From: Cenococcum geophilum
Lineage: Eukaryota
Reading direction: 5' to 3'
Length of the DNA stretch: 64,000 nucleotides
Assembly (NCBI GenBank): GCA_050273025.1
Contig: CP158635.1
Location: forward strand, 25,792,001 to 25,856,000
The notes under the pieces were generated by a model. That model saw only the letters and a program-made list of their open reading frames with translations, was not told where the DNA came from and made no database searches. The position numbers were made by a program, and so were the translations under genes. Positions 14,030 to 25,900 of the stretch are shown here, piece by piece (positions within the stretch are counted from its first letter, which is position 1; each line of letters opens with the position of its first letter).

Positions 14030-15570
14030 AGCTCTGCACGGAGCTCTACTAAAGCTCTGCAAAAGCTCTGCACGAAGCTCCGCAAAAGCTCTACCAAAAG
14101 CCCTACCAAAGGCTTTGCAGCACCTCTGCCCACCCAGTATACTGGCCACGCAGTAAATGGAGTACGCGGTGCGCAGGGGGTCCAAGGGATCTCCCCCTTG
14201 AAGCTCTGCTTGAAGCCCTATATAAAGCTCCAAGGCTCTACTAACACGCAGCACTAATATACTAGGAAGGTTCTGCAATCGGCCGTATAACCACCCATAC
14301 AATCAATCGCCGTACAATTGTCTCTACGAACGCCTCTACAAACGTCTACACGATCGCCTGTACGAACGCCCATATAATCGATCAATTAATCAATTGCCCA
14401 TACAAACACCCGTACAAACGCCCGTATAAACGCCCATATAATCGATCAATTAAACGTCCATACAATTGCCCATACGATCGTCTCCACAAACGTCTCTTTA
14501 ATTAATTACCCTTACAAGCGTCTGCACCCCATACGCCTACACGTGGCTCTATAAAAGCCCTACACGAAGCTCTACGCAAGGCTCTATATAAAGCTTTACA
14601 CGAAGGTCTGCAAAAGCTCTACTAAAAGCTCTACTAAAGTCTCTACTAAAGCCTCTGTAAAAGCTCTGCCTACGCAGTGAATGGAGCACGCAGTGCGCAG
14701 GGGGGGGGGGGGGGGGGTCCAAGGGGGCCTCCCCCTTGAGCTGCTCAAAGCTCTACTAACGCAGCACTGATATACTAGGAAGTCTTACAGTTGTCTCTAC
14801 GAACGTCTCTACAAACGCCTCTACAATGGCTCTACAATTGCCCATATAATCGTCCGCGTAAACATCTCTATAAACGTCTATATAATTGATCAATCGTCCA
14901 TATAACCGCCCGTATAAACGCCTATACAATCGATCAATTAAACGCATACAATCAAATCAATCAAACGTCTATATAATTGCCCATACGATTGTCTCTACAA
15001 ACGTCTCTGCAGTTAATCGCCCAAGCGAATGTCTGCATGTGGCTCTGCATAAGGCTCTGCATAAAGCTCTACCGAAGCTCTGCACGAAGCTCTACCGAAG
15101 CTCTACATAAAGCTCTACCGAAGCTCTGCATGAAGCTCTACCGAAGCTCTACCGAAGCTCTGCAAAAGCTCTATAAAGGCTCTACACGAACCTCCATGCG
15201 AAGCTCTGCAAAAGCTCTACCAAACGCTCTACCAAAACCTCTACAAGAGCTTTGCCCACGTAGTGAATAGAGCACGCAGTGCGCAGGGGGGGTCCAAGGG
15301 GGTCTCCCCTTTGAGCTCAAAGCTCTACTCAAAGCTCTACTTCGGGCTTAATACGGAGCTCCAGTACTGATATACTAAGAAGGCTCTATAATTGTCTACA
15401 CGTCTATATATCTGCACGTCTACACGTCTACATGTCTGCATGTCTGCACGTGGCTTTGCACAAGGCTCTGCATAAAGCTCTACACAAGGCTTTACCAAAG
15501 CTCTACACAAGGCTCTACTAAAACTTTGCATAAGGCTTTACTAAAACTCTACATAAGGCTCTGCCCAAAG
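14030..15570. repeat. GC-rich composite minisatellite island: ~12-bp AAGCTCT(A/G)C arrays, AAACGCCC/ATCGATC arrays and three copies of a G-rich hairpin module
   Basis: The module C(C/T)ACGCAGT(G/A)AATGGAG(C/T)ACGC(A/G)GTGCGCAG-Gn-TCCAAGGG..CTCCCCYTTGA occurs at ~14146, ~14670 and ~15256. Each is followed by a ...ACT(A/G)ATATACTA(G/A)GAAG motif. A G18 run lies at 14700-14717. Confidence 0.88.
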
Positions 15571-15649
15571 CTTACCCCCGGGTCAAAATTTTCGTTAGGG
15601 GGTACTAACGATCCGCATGTTAGTAAAGATAGCCTAATTTATAAAGCCT

Positions 15650-17336
15650 AGTGATCCTAGTTTCTATCCCTTTTAGGCTAGCGGTTAATTAATACTAATC
15701 CGTAATCTAGATTTTAAGGGGTTGTTTAGTTATAATCTATTACTTTTAAATTTAAACTAAAAGTCTAGTAGAAAGAACGCGTTCCTTCCTAATTTAATAC
15801 GCGTCTATAACTCTATAGGTTATACAGACGTATATAATTTAAAGCCTTTAGATTTAATCTAAAGTTTAAATAAGGAGCTTTGAGCTCCTAATTTAAACTT
15901 ATAACTAAACGTTCCCTAAGTACTTAACTAGTTAAATTATAGTCTAGATATCTCGCCAGTAACCGCAACTATTATTAATTACTCTCCGTATAGTATAGGC
16001 CGCCTCTATTTTTGCTAAACTATAATAACCTTAAATAGGATCTAATCCTTTTCTTACTATAGCTACCGCTAAGGTAATATAACCTAACGCCCTTTCCTAC
16101 TTATATTAGGTATGCTATTCCTAGTATTAGTACGCCGTTACTATATCTTAAGAAACTTGTCGCTAATGCTATAGGCCCTTAGAATAATACCTATCCTACT
16201 ATACTAGCTACTAGCTAGTAAAACATAGAATAAATATAATATCTATATAGTTACCCCTAATAGAAGAGCCTATAGTAAAGGCAATTTACTATACTACGTC
16301 TAGATAACCTAAGATTATATATATAGGCAATAATTTTAGGGCTTCTTAGTGCGATAGAAGGTCTCGCTATAAGGCAAACTTAACTAAAGTTACTATCTCT
16401 ACGTAAATTAGATTAGCTATAATTAATTAATACCTTTTAGCCTGCCTAGTAAAATGTATTATACTAAAGATAGGGCTAGATAAACGTTAGTAATATATTA
16501 TAATTATAATAAACACCTATATACTATCTCTATAGATAGCCGTAAATATAACCTAACCTACCCTATAATAAACTACCCTTAATAGAGCAGCCCTTAAGGC
16601 CCTATTATTTCGGATAGGTATAGTCTCTATATAGGCGGCCTATATCTACTTCTTATTATAATCTACTCTGGCCTCTAAAAATATCTTAACTAATAGCTAA
16701 TATTTAACTATACGTAGGTCTTAAGGCGTATTAGACAGCAACACTAGACTTAAAGCCACGTCTATACTTAGGACTAAGTTTATACTATCTAGTTTCCGCT
16801 TATAAAGTAGTATAATAAGTTATTTAAAATTATAGCCGCAGTTCTATATATAGTTAAGCTAGGATAAACTCTGCAAGTTTATAGTAGCTGTATACCCCCT
16901 TTCCGCATCTACTATATAGTTAATACTAGGCCGCCCTAGCACCTTTATCTTCTTATATATATTTAACTATATGCGGGCTAGTATATTCTATATAGCCTTA
17001 TATACCTATAGCGCTAATACCTTCTCGCATTCTACTACCTAATAGATAACTTTTTAGATTGCCTGCTCGCGTAGTAAATTGTTTAGTTATTCGCGAAATA
17101 AAATATATAGAATACTGTTCTTAATAATAACCTACTTAAAAGTCCGCTTAATAGTATTAAGTCTCTCCGCAGTAATGCTTAAGCTAGTAATAAGCTATAT
17201 ATCTTTTTACGGGTCCGTGGCGCTTATAGAGTTATACTATACCGTATTTACGGTATACCGCTGTTATATATCGCGTCCTATTGTAAAAAATAGTCTAATA
17301 TCCTAAGTAGGGAATAGTGGTGTTTAGAATTCTATA
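15650..17336 (-). pseudogene. RIP-degraded gene of unknown function, divergent from the Plavaka transposase
   Basis: Long minus-strand frame whose stops are TAA/TAG revertible to Q/W/R (e.g. de-RIPed MEFQTPLFPTWDIG..., KVLGRPGIDYVVDAERGYTA). No domain recognised; limits approximate. Confidence 0.45.
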
Positions 17337-20153
17337 CTTAGTATAATAGAGAGGCGGTATAACGTTAGTAATAAGTAAATGTCGATATACTCGCTTTATT
17401 AACGTGCACAAATATCACTTATAGTGGTACGTATGCGGTGTTAAAGTTAGTAGTTAATGATGTTTAGAAATAGGGGTTTGCTCTAAGGTCAGATTAGCTA
17501 GTCTCGCTTTATAGTCTTATAACCATGTTATATAACTAACATTCCAACACTAAAGTAACTCTAAGAAGAAGGCTAATCTATACTTTAAAGCCAAGTCTGT
17601 TTCTAGACTATTTATAGTATATACGCAATAGCTAAAGATCTAATTAATACGCAATGGTTTCCACGCTCCTCTTATAGGTCCGTAATTATATAACTAGTAT
17701 TACGGCTTATACTAATACCTCTAAACTAAAGCTTATAGAATGCTGTATTATAGGGACACTAAGCTAAGGAAAAGAAGGAGAAGGATTATTAAGGGTAGCA
17801 GGTTAATATATTATAAGGGCCGCTAAGGCGCTAGTAGTAAGCGAGCTAATAGCGATTTTCTATCCCGGGGATGGAAAATCCTAATTAGCTGGTTAAATTC
17901 AGGGTCCGCAGAATATGGCGGGTGGTGTGCCCTAGCACCGTTACAACCTAAAAACTACCTTCTATTGCTCCTTACGCTCTACCCAACCTATAGCCTATAT
18001 ATCGACCTAGTTTATATTAATAAGTCGCTATAGGGCGACGTAAGGCTTCCCCTTAGTTATCGCGTCCGCAGGGTTAGCTTCACTATTAATCTATTTAACC
18101 TTTGTAATCTGCTAACGTTCGTAGGCTTATTGTAGGCATATTACATTAATTATTAATTGCTTTTTTTATATGGTTCCAAGTTGTACGAGATAGTTATATA
18201 GCGACTTAAAATTGGTGCAAAGTATAAGCGGGAGGTTAATCTGTAGGACCTTGTCTACCGTAGACTTAATAGTGATAGCGATATTAAAGCCATAAGCTAT
18301 TCCGTAGAGTTTAAAAGCTAAAACGCTTCTAGTAACTTTTTTACACTTAATTAAGCTCTAATGGATAATATTAGCCTTCTTAGTTGCGTTAGCTAGTATA
18401 ATAACGTAGCTAATTTGTAAAGAAAGGTCCTTATTATTAGTAAAGGAAGTGTTTATAAAGACTAAGAGCTATAGGGTCTTAGCCTCTAATTTAATAAACT
18501 TAAGACCTCTATATAAGTTTTAAATCTACTAACTTAAGCGCTTATTTAACTCCTTTATGTCTATCTCTTTAGGATTAGTTACCTGGGTAGTAAAGGATAA
18601 GTTAAATAAAGCCTTTAGTTAATAGACTAAGGCAATATAGGCTCCTCTAGCGCGTTAAGCGATATACTAGTCCTTTAGCGTAAGTAGGCCGCGCGTAATT
18701 TCTCTAGAGCTAGTACTATTTACTAGTATAGTATTAACCACACTAAGGTTCTTATACTAGCGCTTTTACGTTAGCGTAATACTCTTATCTTATACTAATT
18801 AAATAAGTCCTCCATTAAACTTAACTGGTGTATTAGTAGTTAGTTACTCTCGCTCCTTAGCTATAAATTCAGCCTTATATAGTTTGCTTTATTTAGCCTT
18901 TATAAAGGTGTTATCTATAAGAAATAGCGTATTATTAGTCTATAAGCCAACGATTTTAAAAGGTTTATTACTGTAAAGCAAGCAAGGGTTGTACGTAGAC
19001 TAGTCTATTCGCAGCTAATTAATATAGTATAAATGGTAGGTCTTAAACTAATAGTTTCTAGCTTTAGGCGCTCTATAAAGTGGCTTTATAACCTTTAAAA
19101 CGGAGTCCTTATTAATTCCTAATTGTTTATTTAGCTTATATAGTGGTTGTATATAGAACTCGCGGTTTAGGTTTGTAGTAGACTGGATATAGGCTTATAA
19201 GATGTCTTGGAGGTAAAGTTATATCTATAGTAACGTAGCAGCGATATAGAGAATCAGCCGCTGGCTAACTTGTTAAATTATTAGTAACTAAGTAAGGATT
19301 AGCTCTTTCTCTAAATTGTTATAGGCCTATATAATAAGTTGTAATTTCTTAAAGGCTTTATTGGTTCCCTTATTTTTAATCTTATTAATAAACCGTAAAT
19401 TAAAGAGTCTAACCCCCTTTAGTATATTATATAGCTTAATAATTTTAAAGACGCCTTTTTTAAGTAGGCCTATAACCTCCTTTTGCCGTAAAGCGCTAAA
19501 CTAGGTGTTACTATCGTTCTATAAGTAAATAGTAGTATTAGCTATATTTGCAGTATTATTATCCTATAAATAAATAGCAATATTAGCTATATCTGTAATA
19601 TTACCTATAAGGGCATTTATGTCTATTATAGTGTCCATAACAGCCGTGTCTATAACGGCTATAAGTAATAGGTATTTACGGGGGCGACCTCTACCTTGCT
19701 TTGGCGGTAGCTATAGTTTAGCTTTAGGTAACAATTAAGGTTTAGCTAGTATAGGTACTAGTTTAGCTAATTTAACAGACTTTCGTAATTTAACTAAGTC
19801 TTATGGGTCCAGTAGGTAAGGTTTTATAACCGTAGAGCGGAAGGTTATAGGCCTATTTAGTAGCTTTACGGTATAGGTCTTACCGTTAACGGTAAGTAGT
19901 ATATATAGCCCGTCCTAATAACCGCTTTAGCTAGTATTGCCTTCTCTCCAGACTAAGATAGGCGAACTAGGTAGGAGGCCGTAAATAGCGTTAGTTTGTT
20001 ATCCATTTCGCGTATTAAGAGCGTCAGCAATCTGTCGTTTAGCTTAAAGCTTCTAGATTTCCACCATTGCTTTCTTAATAGCCGCAGCTCGCTATACAAC
20101 TAAAGGTAATAGTGCGTCCGATTTGACCATTTAGGGGTAGGCTCTAAAGACTA

Positions 20154-20421
20154 CATCAGGATTTTTTTTTTTGGGCACGTTGTTGCAAACGAAAATCGGG
20201 GTCTGCAAAACCTGCGTAAGTCGCAATTTTGGCAATTTGCGGCGATTTGCAGCAATTTGCTACAAACACATAGGCTACCTATGCACGCGCCTGCCCTATC
20301 TATGTGTTCGTAGCAAATTGCTGCAAATTGCCGCAAATGCTAAAATTGCGACTTACGCCTGCAGGTTTTGCAGACCCCGATTTTCACTTGCAACAACGTG
20401 CCCAAAAAAAAAATCCTGATG
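20154..20421. repeat. 268-bp near-perfect inverted repeat (MITE-like hairpin) forming the left end of the element
   Basis: Arms of ~120 bp running CATCAGG...ACACATAG and CTATGTGT...CCTGATG, with a ~30-bp loop; internal GC(A/G)GC(A/G)ATTT repeats. Confidence 0.95.
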
Positions 20422-21670
20422 CAGAGGCTCTGCACGAGGCTCTACACAAAGCTCTGCACGAGGCTTTACACAAAGCTCTGCACGAAGCTCTACACGAAGC
20501 TCTATACAAAGCTCTGCGCGAAGCTCTACACGAAGCTTTGCACGAGGCTCTACACGAGGCTCTACACAAAGCTCTGCGTACAGAGGCTCTGCACGAGGCT
20601 CTACACGAAGTTCTGCACGAATTCGTGCACGAAGCTCTGCACGAAGCTCTACACGAAGCTCTACACGAAGCTCTACACGAAGCTCTACACGAAGCTCTAC
20701 ACGAAGCTCTACACGAAGCTCTACACGAAGCTCTACACGAAGCTCTACACGAAGCTCTACACGAAGCTCTACACGAAGCTCTACACGAAGCTCTACACGA
20801 AGCTTTGCACGAGGCTCCACACGAGGCTCCACACGAGGCTCTGCGTACAGAGGCTCGCACGAGGCTCTGTACGAAGCTCTACACGATGCTCTACACGAAG
20901 CTCTACACGAAGCTCTACACGAAGCTTTGCACGATGCTCTACACGAAGCTCTGCGTACAGAGGCTCTACACGAAGCTCTACACGAAGCTCTGCACGAAGC
21001 TCTGCACGAAGCTTTACACGAAGCTTTGCACGAGGCTCTACACAAGGCTCTACACAAAGCTCTGCGTACAGAGGCTCTGCACGAGGCTCTACACGAAGCT
21101 CTGTACGAAGCTCTGTACGAAGCTCTGTACGAAGCTCTGTACGAAGCTCTACACAAAGCTCTACACGAAGCTCTACACGAAGCTTTGCACGATGCTCTAC
21201 ACGAAGCTCTGCGTACAGAGGCTCTACACGAAGCTCTACACGAAGCTCTGCACGAAGTTTTACACGAAGCTTTGCACGAGGCTCTACACGAGGCTCTACA
21301 CAAAGCTCTGCGTACAGAGGCTCTGCACGAGGCTCTACACGAGGCTCTACACGGGGCTCTGTACGAAGCTCTGCACGAAGCTCTACACAAAGCTCTACAC
21401 GAAGCTCTACACGAAGCTCTACACGAAGCTTTGCACGAGGCTCTACACGAGGCTCTACACAAAGCTCTGCATATAGAGGCTCTGCACGAGGCTCTGCACG
21501 AAGCTCTACACGAAGCTCTACACAAGGCTCTGCACGAAGCTCTACACGAAGCTCTGCACAAAGCTCTATATGAAGCTCTACACGAAGCTCTGCATAAAGC
21601 TCTACGAAGCTCTACACGAGGCTCTGCGCGAAGCTCTGCATACGGAGGCTCTACACGAAGCTCTACACAA
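20422..21670. repeat. 12-bp minisatellite, consensus GAAGCTCTACAC (~100 units) with periodic GCGTACAGAG variants
   Basis: Directly visible. The unit has no stop codon in any + frame, which produces the EALH/TKLY/RSST repeat ORFs. Confidence 0.97.
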
Positions 21671-21834
21671 AACCTTTGTGTGTGCGCGCGACACACTACT
21701 ATCGGGTCCCCGCTATATTCCCGATAGCCTCTACACGTGCCTCTGCCAAGTATACCCCCTATATACACCTAGGTAGCCACCTCATTTTTTACCCTTCCTT
21801 ACATCCTCCCTACCTAGGAAGACACCAGAACGAC

Positions 21835-22455
21835 AGCCAGCAGACGACCGTCGCCGGAGCCAGACGACCGTCGCCAGAGCTAGACGACCGTCAGAGCCAG
21901 ACGACCGTCGTCAGAGCTAGACGACCGTCGTCAGAGCTAGACGACCGTCGCCGGAGCCAGATGACCGTCGCCAGAGCTAGACGACCGTCAGAGCCAGACG
22001 ACCGTCGTCAGAGCTAGACAACCGTCGTCAGAGCTAGACGACCGTCGCCGGAGCCAGATGACCGTCGCCAGAGCTGGACGACCGTCGTCAGAGCTGGACG
22101 ACCGTCGCCGGAGCCAGATGACCGTCGCCAGAGCTAGACGACCGTCAGAGCCAGACGACCGTCGTCAGAGCTAGACAACCGTCGTCAGAGCTAGACGACC
22201 GTCACCGGAGCCAGATGACCGTCGCCAGAGCTGGACGACCGTCGTCAGAGCTGGACGACCGTCGCCGGAGCCAGATGACCGTCGCCAGAGCTAGACGACC
22301 GTCAGAGCCAGACGACCGTCGCCGGAGCCAGATGACCGTCGCCAGAGCTGGACGACCGTCGTCAGAGCTAGACGGCCGTCGCCGGAGCCAGATGACCGTC
22401 GCCAGAGCTAGACGACCGTCGTCATCGCCACACGACCGTCGCCAGAGCCACACGA
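21835..22455. repeat. 21-bp (some 18-bp) minisatellite with palindromic core GACGAC-C-GTCG(T/C)C
   Basis: Unit AGA(C/T)GACCGTCG(C/T)C(A/G)GAGC(C/T), about 30 copies. Confidence 0.95.
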
Positions 22456-22524
22456 CAACCGTTCGAACGACCAGCCAGCGAACACGATAAACGATTTGAT
22501 CGATCGATCGAATCAAGGTGACAT

Positions 22525-22646
22525 AGACAGGTAGGCACAGACAGGTAGGCATAGACGGGTAGGTATAGACGGACGGACAGACAGACAGGTAGGTAGGCAA
22601 GCAGGCAGGCAGGTAGGCAGGCAGGTAGGCAGGCAGGCAGGTAGGT

Positions 22647-22677
<31 letters not shown>

Positions 22678-22698
22678 TAGGCAGGCAGGTAGGCAGGT

Positions 22699-22729
<31 letters not shown>

Positions 22730-22735
22730 TAGGTA
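22525..22735. repeat. Tetranucleotide microsatellite (GCAG/GTAG/ACAG)n
   Basis: Directly visible. Confidence 0.95.
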
Positions 22736-22894
22736 GATGATTTAGAGCCTCTGCGAGAGGCTTCCCCCTTGACGCCCAAAGTAGATAGCTCTACATTTTA
22801 TATAGTTATAATATAAATATATTTAAAAGTATATTATAGAAATCTATGGGAATATGTGATAATTTGGTTATTATATAATATAATTATAATTTAT

Positions 22895-22990
22895 ATAGTT
22901 ACAATTTGTACAGTTTTTACAATTCGTATAGTTTGTACAATTCGTACGGTTTATACAATTCGTATAGTTTTTATAATTCGTACAGTTTAC
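22895..22990. repeat. 18-bp tandem repeat A(T/C)AGTTT(G/A/T)TACAATTCGT, about 5 copies
   Basis: Directly visible near the right end of the TIR element. Confidence 0.8.
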
Positions 22991-25900
22991 GCGCTATTTA
23001 TTTATAGGGTAGCGTTTTGCTGCAATTTATTTATAGGGGTAGCATTTTGCCGCAATTTGCTATCAGGTGCTGCGATTTTGTTGCAAAACGTGCGTTTTGC
23101 GCAAATTGCTATCGACCATATCCACCTGCCGCAACCGTACGGTTTGCGGCAAATTGCCGCAAACCGCAACAACGTGCCCCAAAAAAAATTTCCTGATGTA
23201 GGAGTGTAGGGACTAGGCCTTCTAGGCTAGCCGTGTTATTAATAGCTTTAAAAGCCATTTATAGGGCCATCTCCTTACTAATTTTAGGGATTTTAGATAT
23301 AATAATTTGGTAGGCTCGTTGTAGCGAACTATAGTAGCGCTCTACCATTCTAATAGAATTGTGTAATTTGACTAGAACTAACTTTGTAGTTACTCCTATA
23401 GTAGTAGTATAGTGCTTAAACTCCTTACTAATAAAGTTCTTTTTAGCGTCTATGGTGATTAAGTCTAGTAGTCCTAAATAGCTGTTAATCTAGCACATTC
23501 GTAGAATGTCCTAAGTGTACTTGGCGCTGATATCTCATAGCCATCTACTAGTTTAAAATTAAGTTGCTTCGTTAACTACGCATAGTAGGGGGGAGCCGCT
23601 AATATACATAATGTTAACAATAATATTGTAGTTAAAATTAACGTCGTCTTATAAGGTAAAGTGAAATCTACTTAGAGATCTACTAAACTTCTAGTAGTAG
23701 TGGCAGAGTCTGGTTAGCTCTTTAATAGCGGATCTATTAGTATTATGGCCGTGGCTAGTCTTATTAAGAAGCTTTTATAGTTTATTAACTAATAGGTAAC
23801 TAAATTGATGGTGTAGACGTTGTAGCTCTACGTTAGTTAAGTAGCAAGGGTTCGCGTTAAAGGACTTGACTAGATAAGACTATAAAGAGAAGCTCTATAC
23901 AAAAAATAGGTGGCTAAATTGTCTAACTACTGGCACCTTTTTAGTGCGAGTAATAATAACGTCCTTTAGGTTATTGTATTTAATATAGAGTCTATCTATA
24001 TCTGCTAAGTAAAGTAGGAAAGGAGTATCTACTTTAACGATATAGAATTATACCTTGCCTATAGGGCTGTTAACGTCTATAGTTCCGATAGACGTAGAGG
24101 CTCTAATCCCGAATTAGATAGTTACTTAGCCCTTAGTTAACGTATTAAGACTTATAGACTTGTCTACGGCCTATAGGGCTTAGAATTGGCCGTAGCTAGC
24201 CATAGACTTACGCGAAGCACCCGTATTAATTATAATTCCTATAAAGACCGTCGAGGTGTATTATAATGCTATAGTTGTGGTCGTATTATAGGCGAATAGG
24301 TTAGTCTCCGTATAAGGTTTTATAGTAGACTCCGTAGTAAGTTCTAAAGCCATAAGTAGGTATATATAAGCCTTATTAGCTAGCTCTACGCTTATAGAGG
24401 TTACTTCCTCTATAGTAAGTGTTCTAAAGGTAGTAATATAGGCAGAACTATTATTAGGTTCTCCGGTATTACTCCTAGAGTCGTTAGCGTCTTATATGTA
24501 GGCTTTAAAGTCTAAGTTATCCTCTTTATCTCTTTCGTAGGCGGCGACGTTTTGTTTAAAGTAGTTATTAAAGTTGCCCTTATTACGGCCCTTAATATTA
24601 ATAAAACGTCTCTTATAGTTGTCTCTAGATTAATTACGCTTCTCCTCTATATATTTCTATAAACGGCAGTCCTCCTTCTTATAGACGTAGCACTTAGCCT
24701 TTAGTCCGCCGTTAGTTCTATAGGGGCGATTGCTGCCGTAGTGATTAGTATTTCGGTCTCGATTTTGGTTATTTTAATAGTAACATTAATCCATAAAAAA
24801 GGTTTAGTAAGACAATCTTATTAAGGCCTATAGGGGGTATTCTTTTTCCTACGTAATAATAGAGGATTATAGCTTACTAATTAACTAAGAGAGGTCTTCT
24901 AAAGGGTTAGAGACAGCGATATGGCATACTAGTACTCCCTAGTAAGTAGTAACTAACTTATTTATAAGAATGCGGTTTATATAAAAGTCTAGGTATAGTC
25001 TATAACATTACTTTAGCAGTTTATTTATAAGTAGTTAGAAGTTCTAATAAATTAACTTATTAGGGTTCTCGTCCATAACTCCTTAGAGGGTTATACTGTT
25101 CTACTCTATAAGGTTCTTACGGTAGTATTCTAGCCCTTTAAAGAACTGTTATATATAGTTACAGGCTTCTATAAAAGGTCTTAACTTAAGGTTACTGTTA
25201 TAATAGTGGTCCTAAGTAAGCCCTTTTAGTATGCTAGGGAATGCCACTATATAGCCTTTTAGTGGTAAGCTAGATCTCTTATAGATATTATAGATGATAG
25301 TTAGCTTAAAGTTAAAGCTGTTATTAACTCCATTATACTTTTGGTCGTCTATATAGATCTTCGCAATTATAGCTACCTCCTTGCTATATCTAGGTCCTTA
25401 CTCCGCACTAGGCACGGCTGGTTTAGGTAGTGTATATATATATAGCTACTGCGGCTACTATAGCTGCTATGGCTGCTGCGGCTGCTGTGGCTGCTATAGC
25501 TACTGCGGCTGCTGCTCTCTTGGCCATAGTAGTTAGTTAATAAGAGTGTAGATTTGGTTATAGTTAGAGAATTAAGGACTGGGAGGGGTAGTAGGGGTAG
25601 TAAGGGTAGTAATTAGAGTAGCTGGCGGTGCAGCAACCGGAGTAGCTAGTAGTACGGCAGCTAGGATAGCTGGTAGAGTTAGTAGAGTAGCTAGTAGTAG
25701 GGCTAGAGGTGTAGTAAGCTTGTCTAAGGTCGAATTAAGTTAGTCTTATAGAGTTGTTATAATTATTAGTTTTACCTCTATAAGGGCCGCGATAAGCTCC
25801 TTATTTATCTATTTATAAAACTCTTCTTTATTAGCGATGTCTGTCAGCACCTTGCTAAGGGAGTATCTTTTATCTTGCTTAGCAATATATACTCCTCTTT

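Larger units (their letters stand above)
20154..23198. mobile_element. Non-autonomous TIR DNA transposon (3045 bp) with TA TSD, inserted in the Copia integrase
   Basis: Left end CATCAGGATTTTTTTTTTTGGGCACGTTGTTGC; right end reverse-complement CATCAGGAAATTTTTTTTGGGGCACGTTGTTGC. TA at 20152-20153 and 23199-23200. Removing the element and one TA restores the codons CTC CTA GTC TTT (LLVF), matching the Copia homologue at ~34990. Confidence 0.92.

Noticed and set aside
13873..15531. Short ORFs in the GC island
   Set aside because: They are low-complexity translations of the 12-bp arrays.
8400..15612. Helitron interpretation of the helicase plus downstream hairpin
   Set aside because: The motifs are Upf1-like rather than PIF1-like; no HUH Rep domain or clear TC...CTRR ends were seen.
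20304..21768. Long ORFs of 266-471 aa (EALH, TKLY, RASC, RSST repeats)
   Set aside because: They are by-products of a stop-free 12-bp repeat. They are open in several frames and on both strands, lie inside a non-autonomous element, and have no unique domain.
21835..22455. CRISPR-like array of palindromic repeats
   Set aside because: There are no unique spacers and no cas genes, and the context is eukaryotic RIPed DNA; it is a minisatellite.
22202..23209. ORFs with LPAC, TIRIV or DDRR repeats
   Set aside because: They are translations of microsatellite and minisatellite units.
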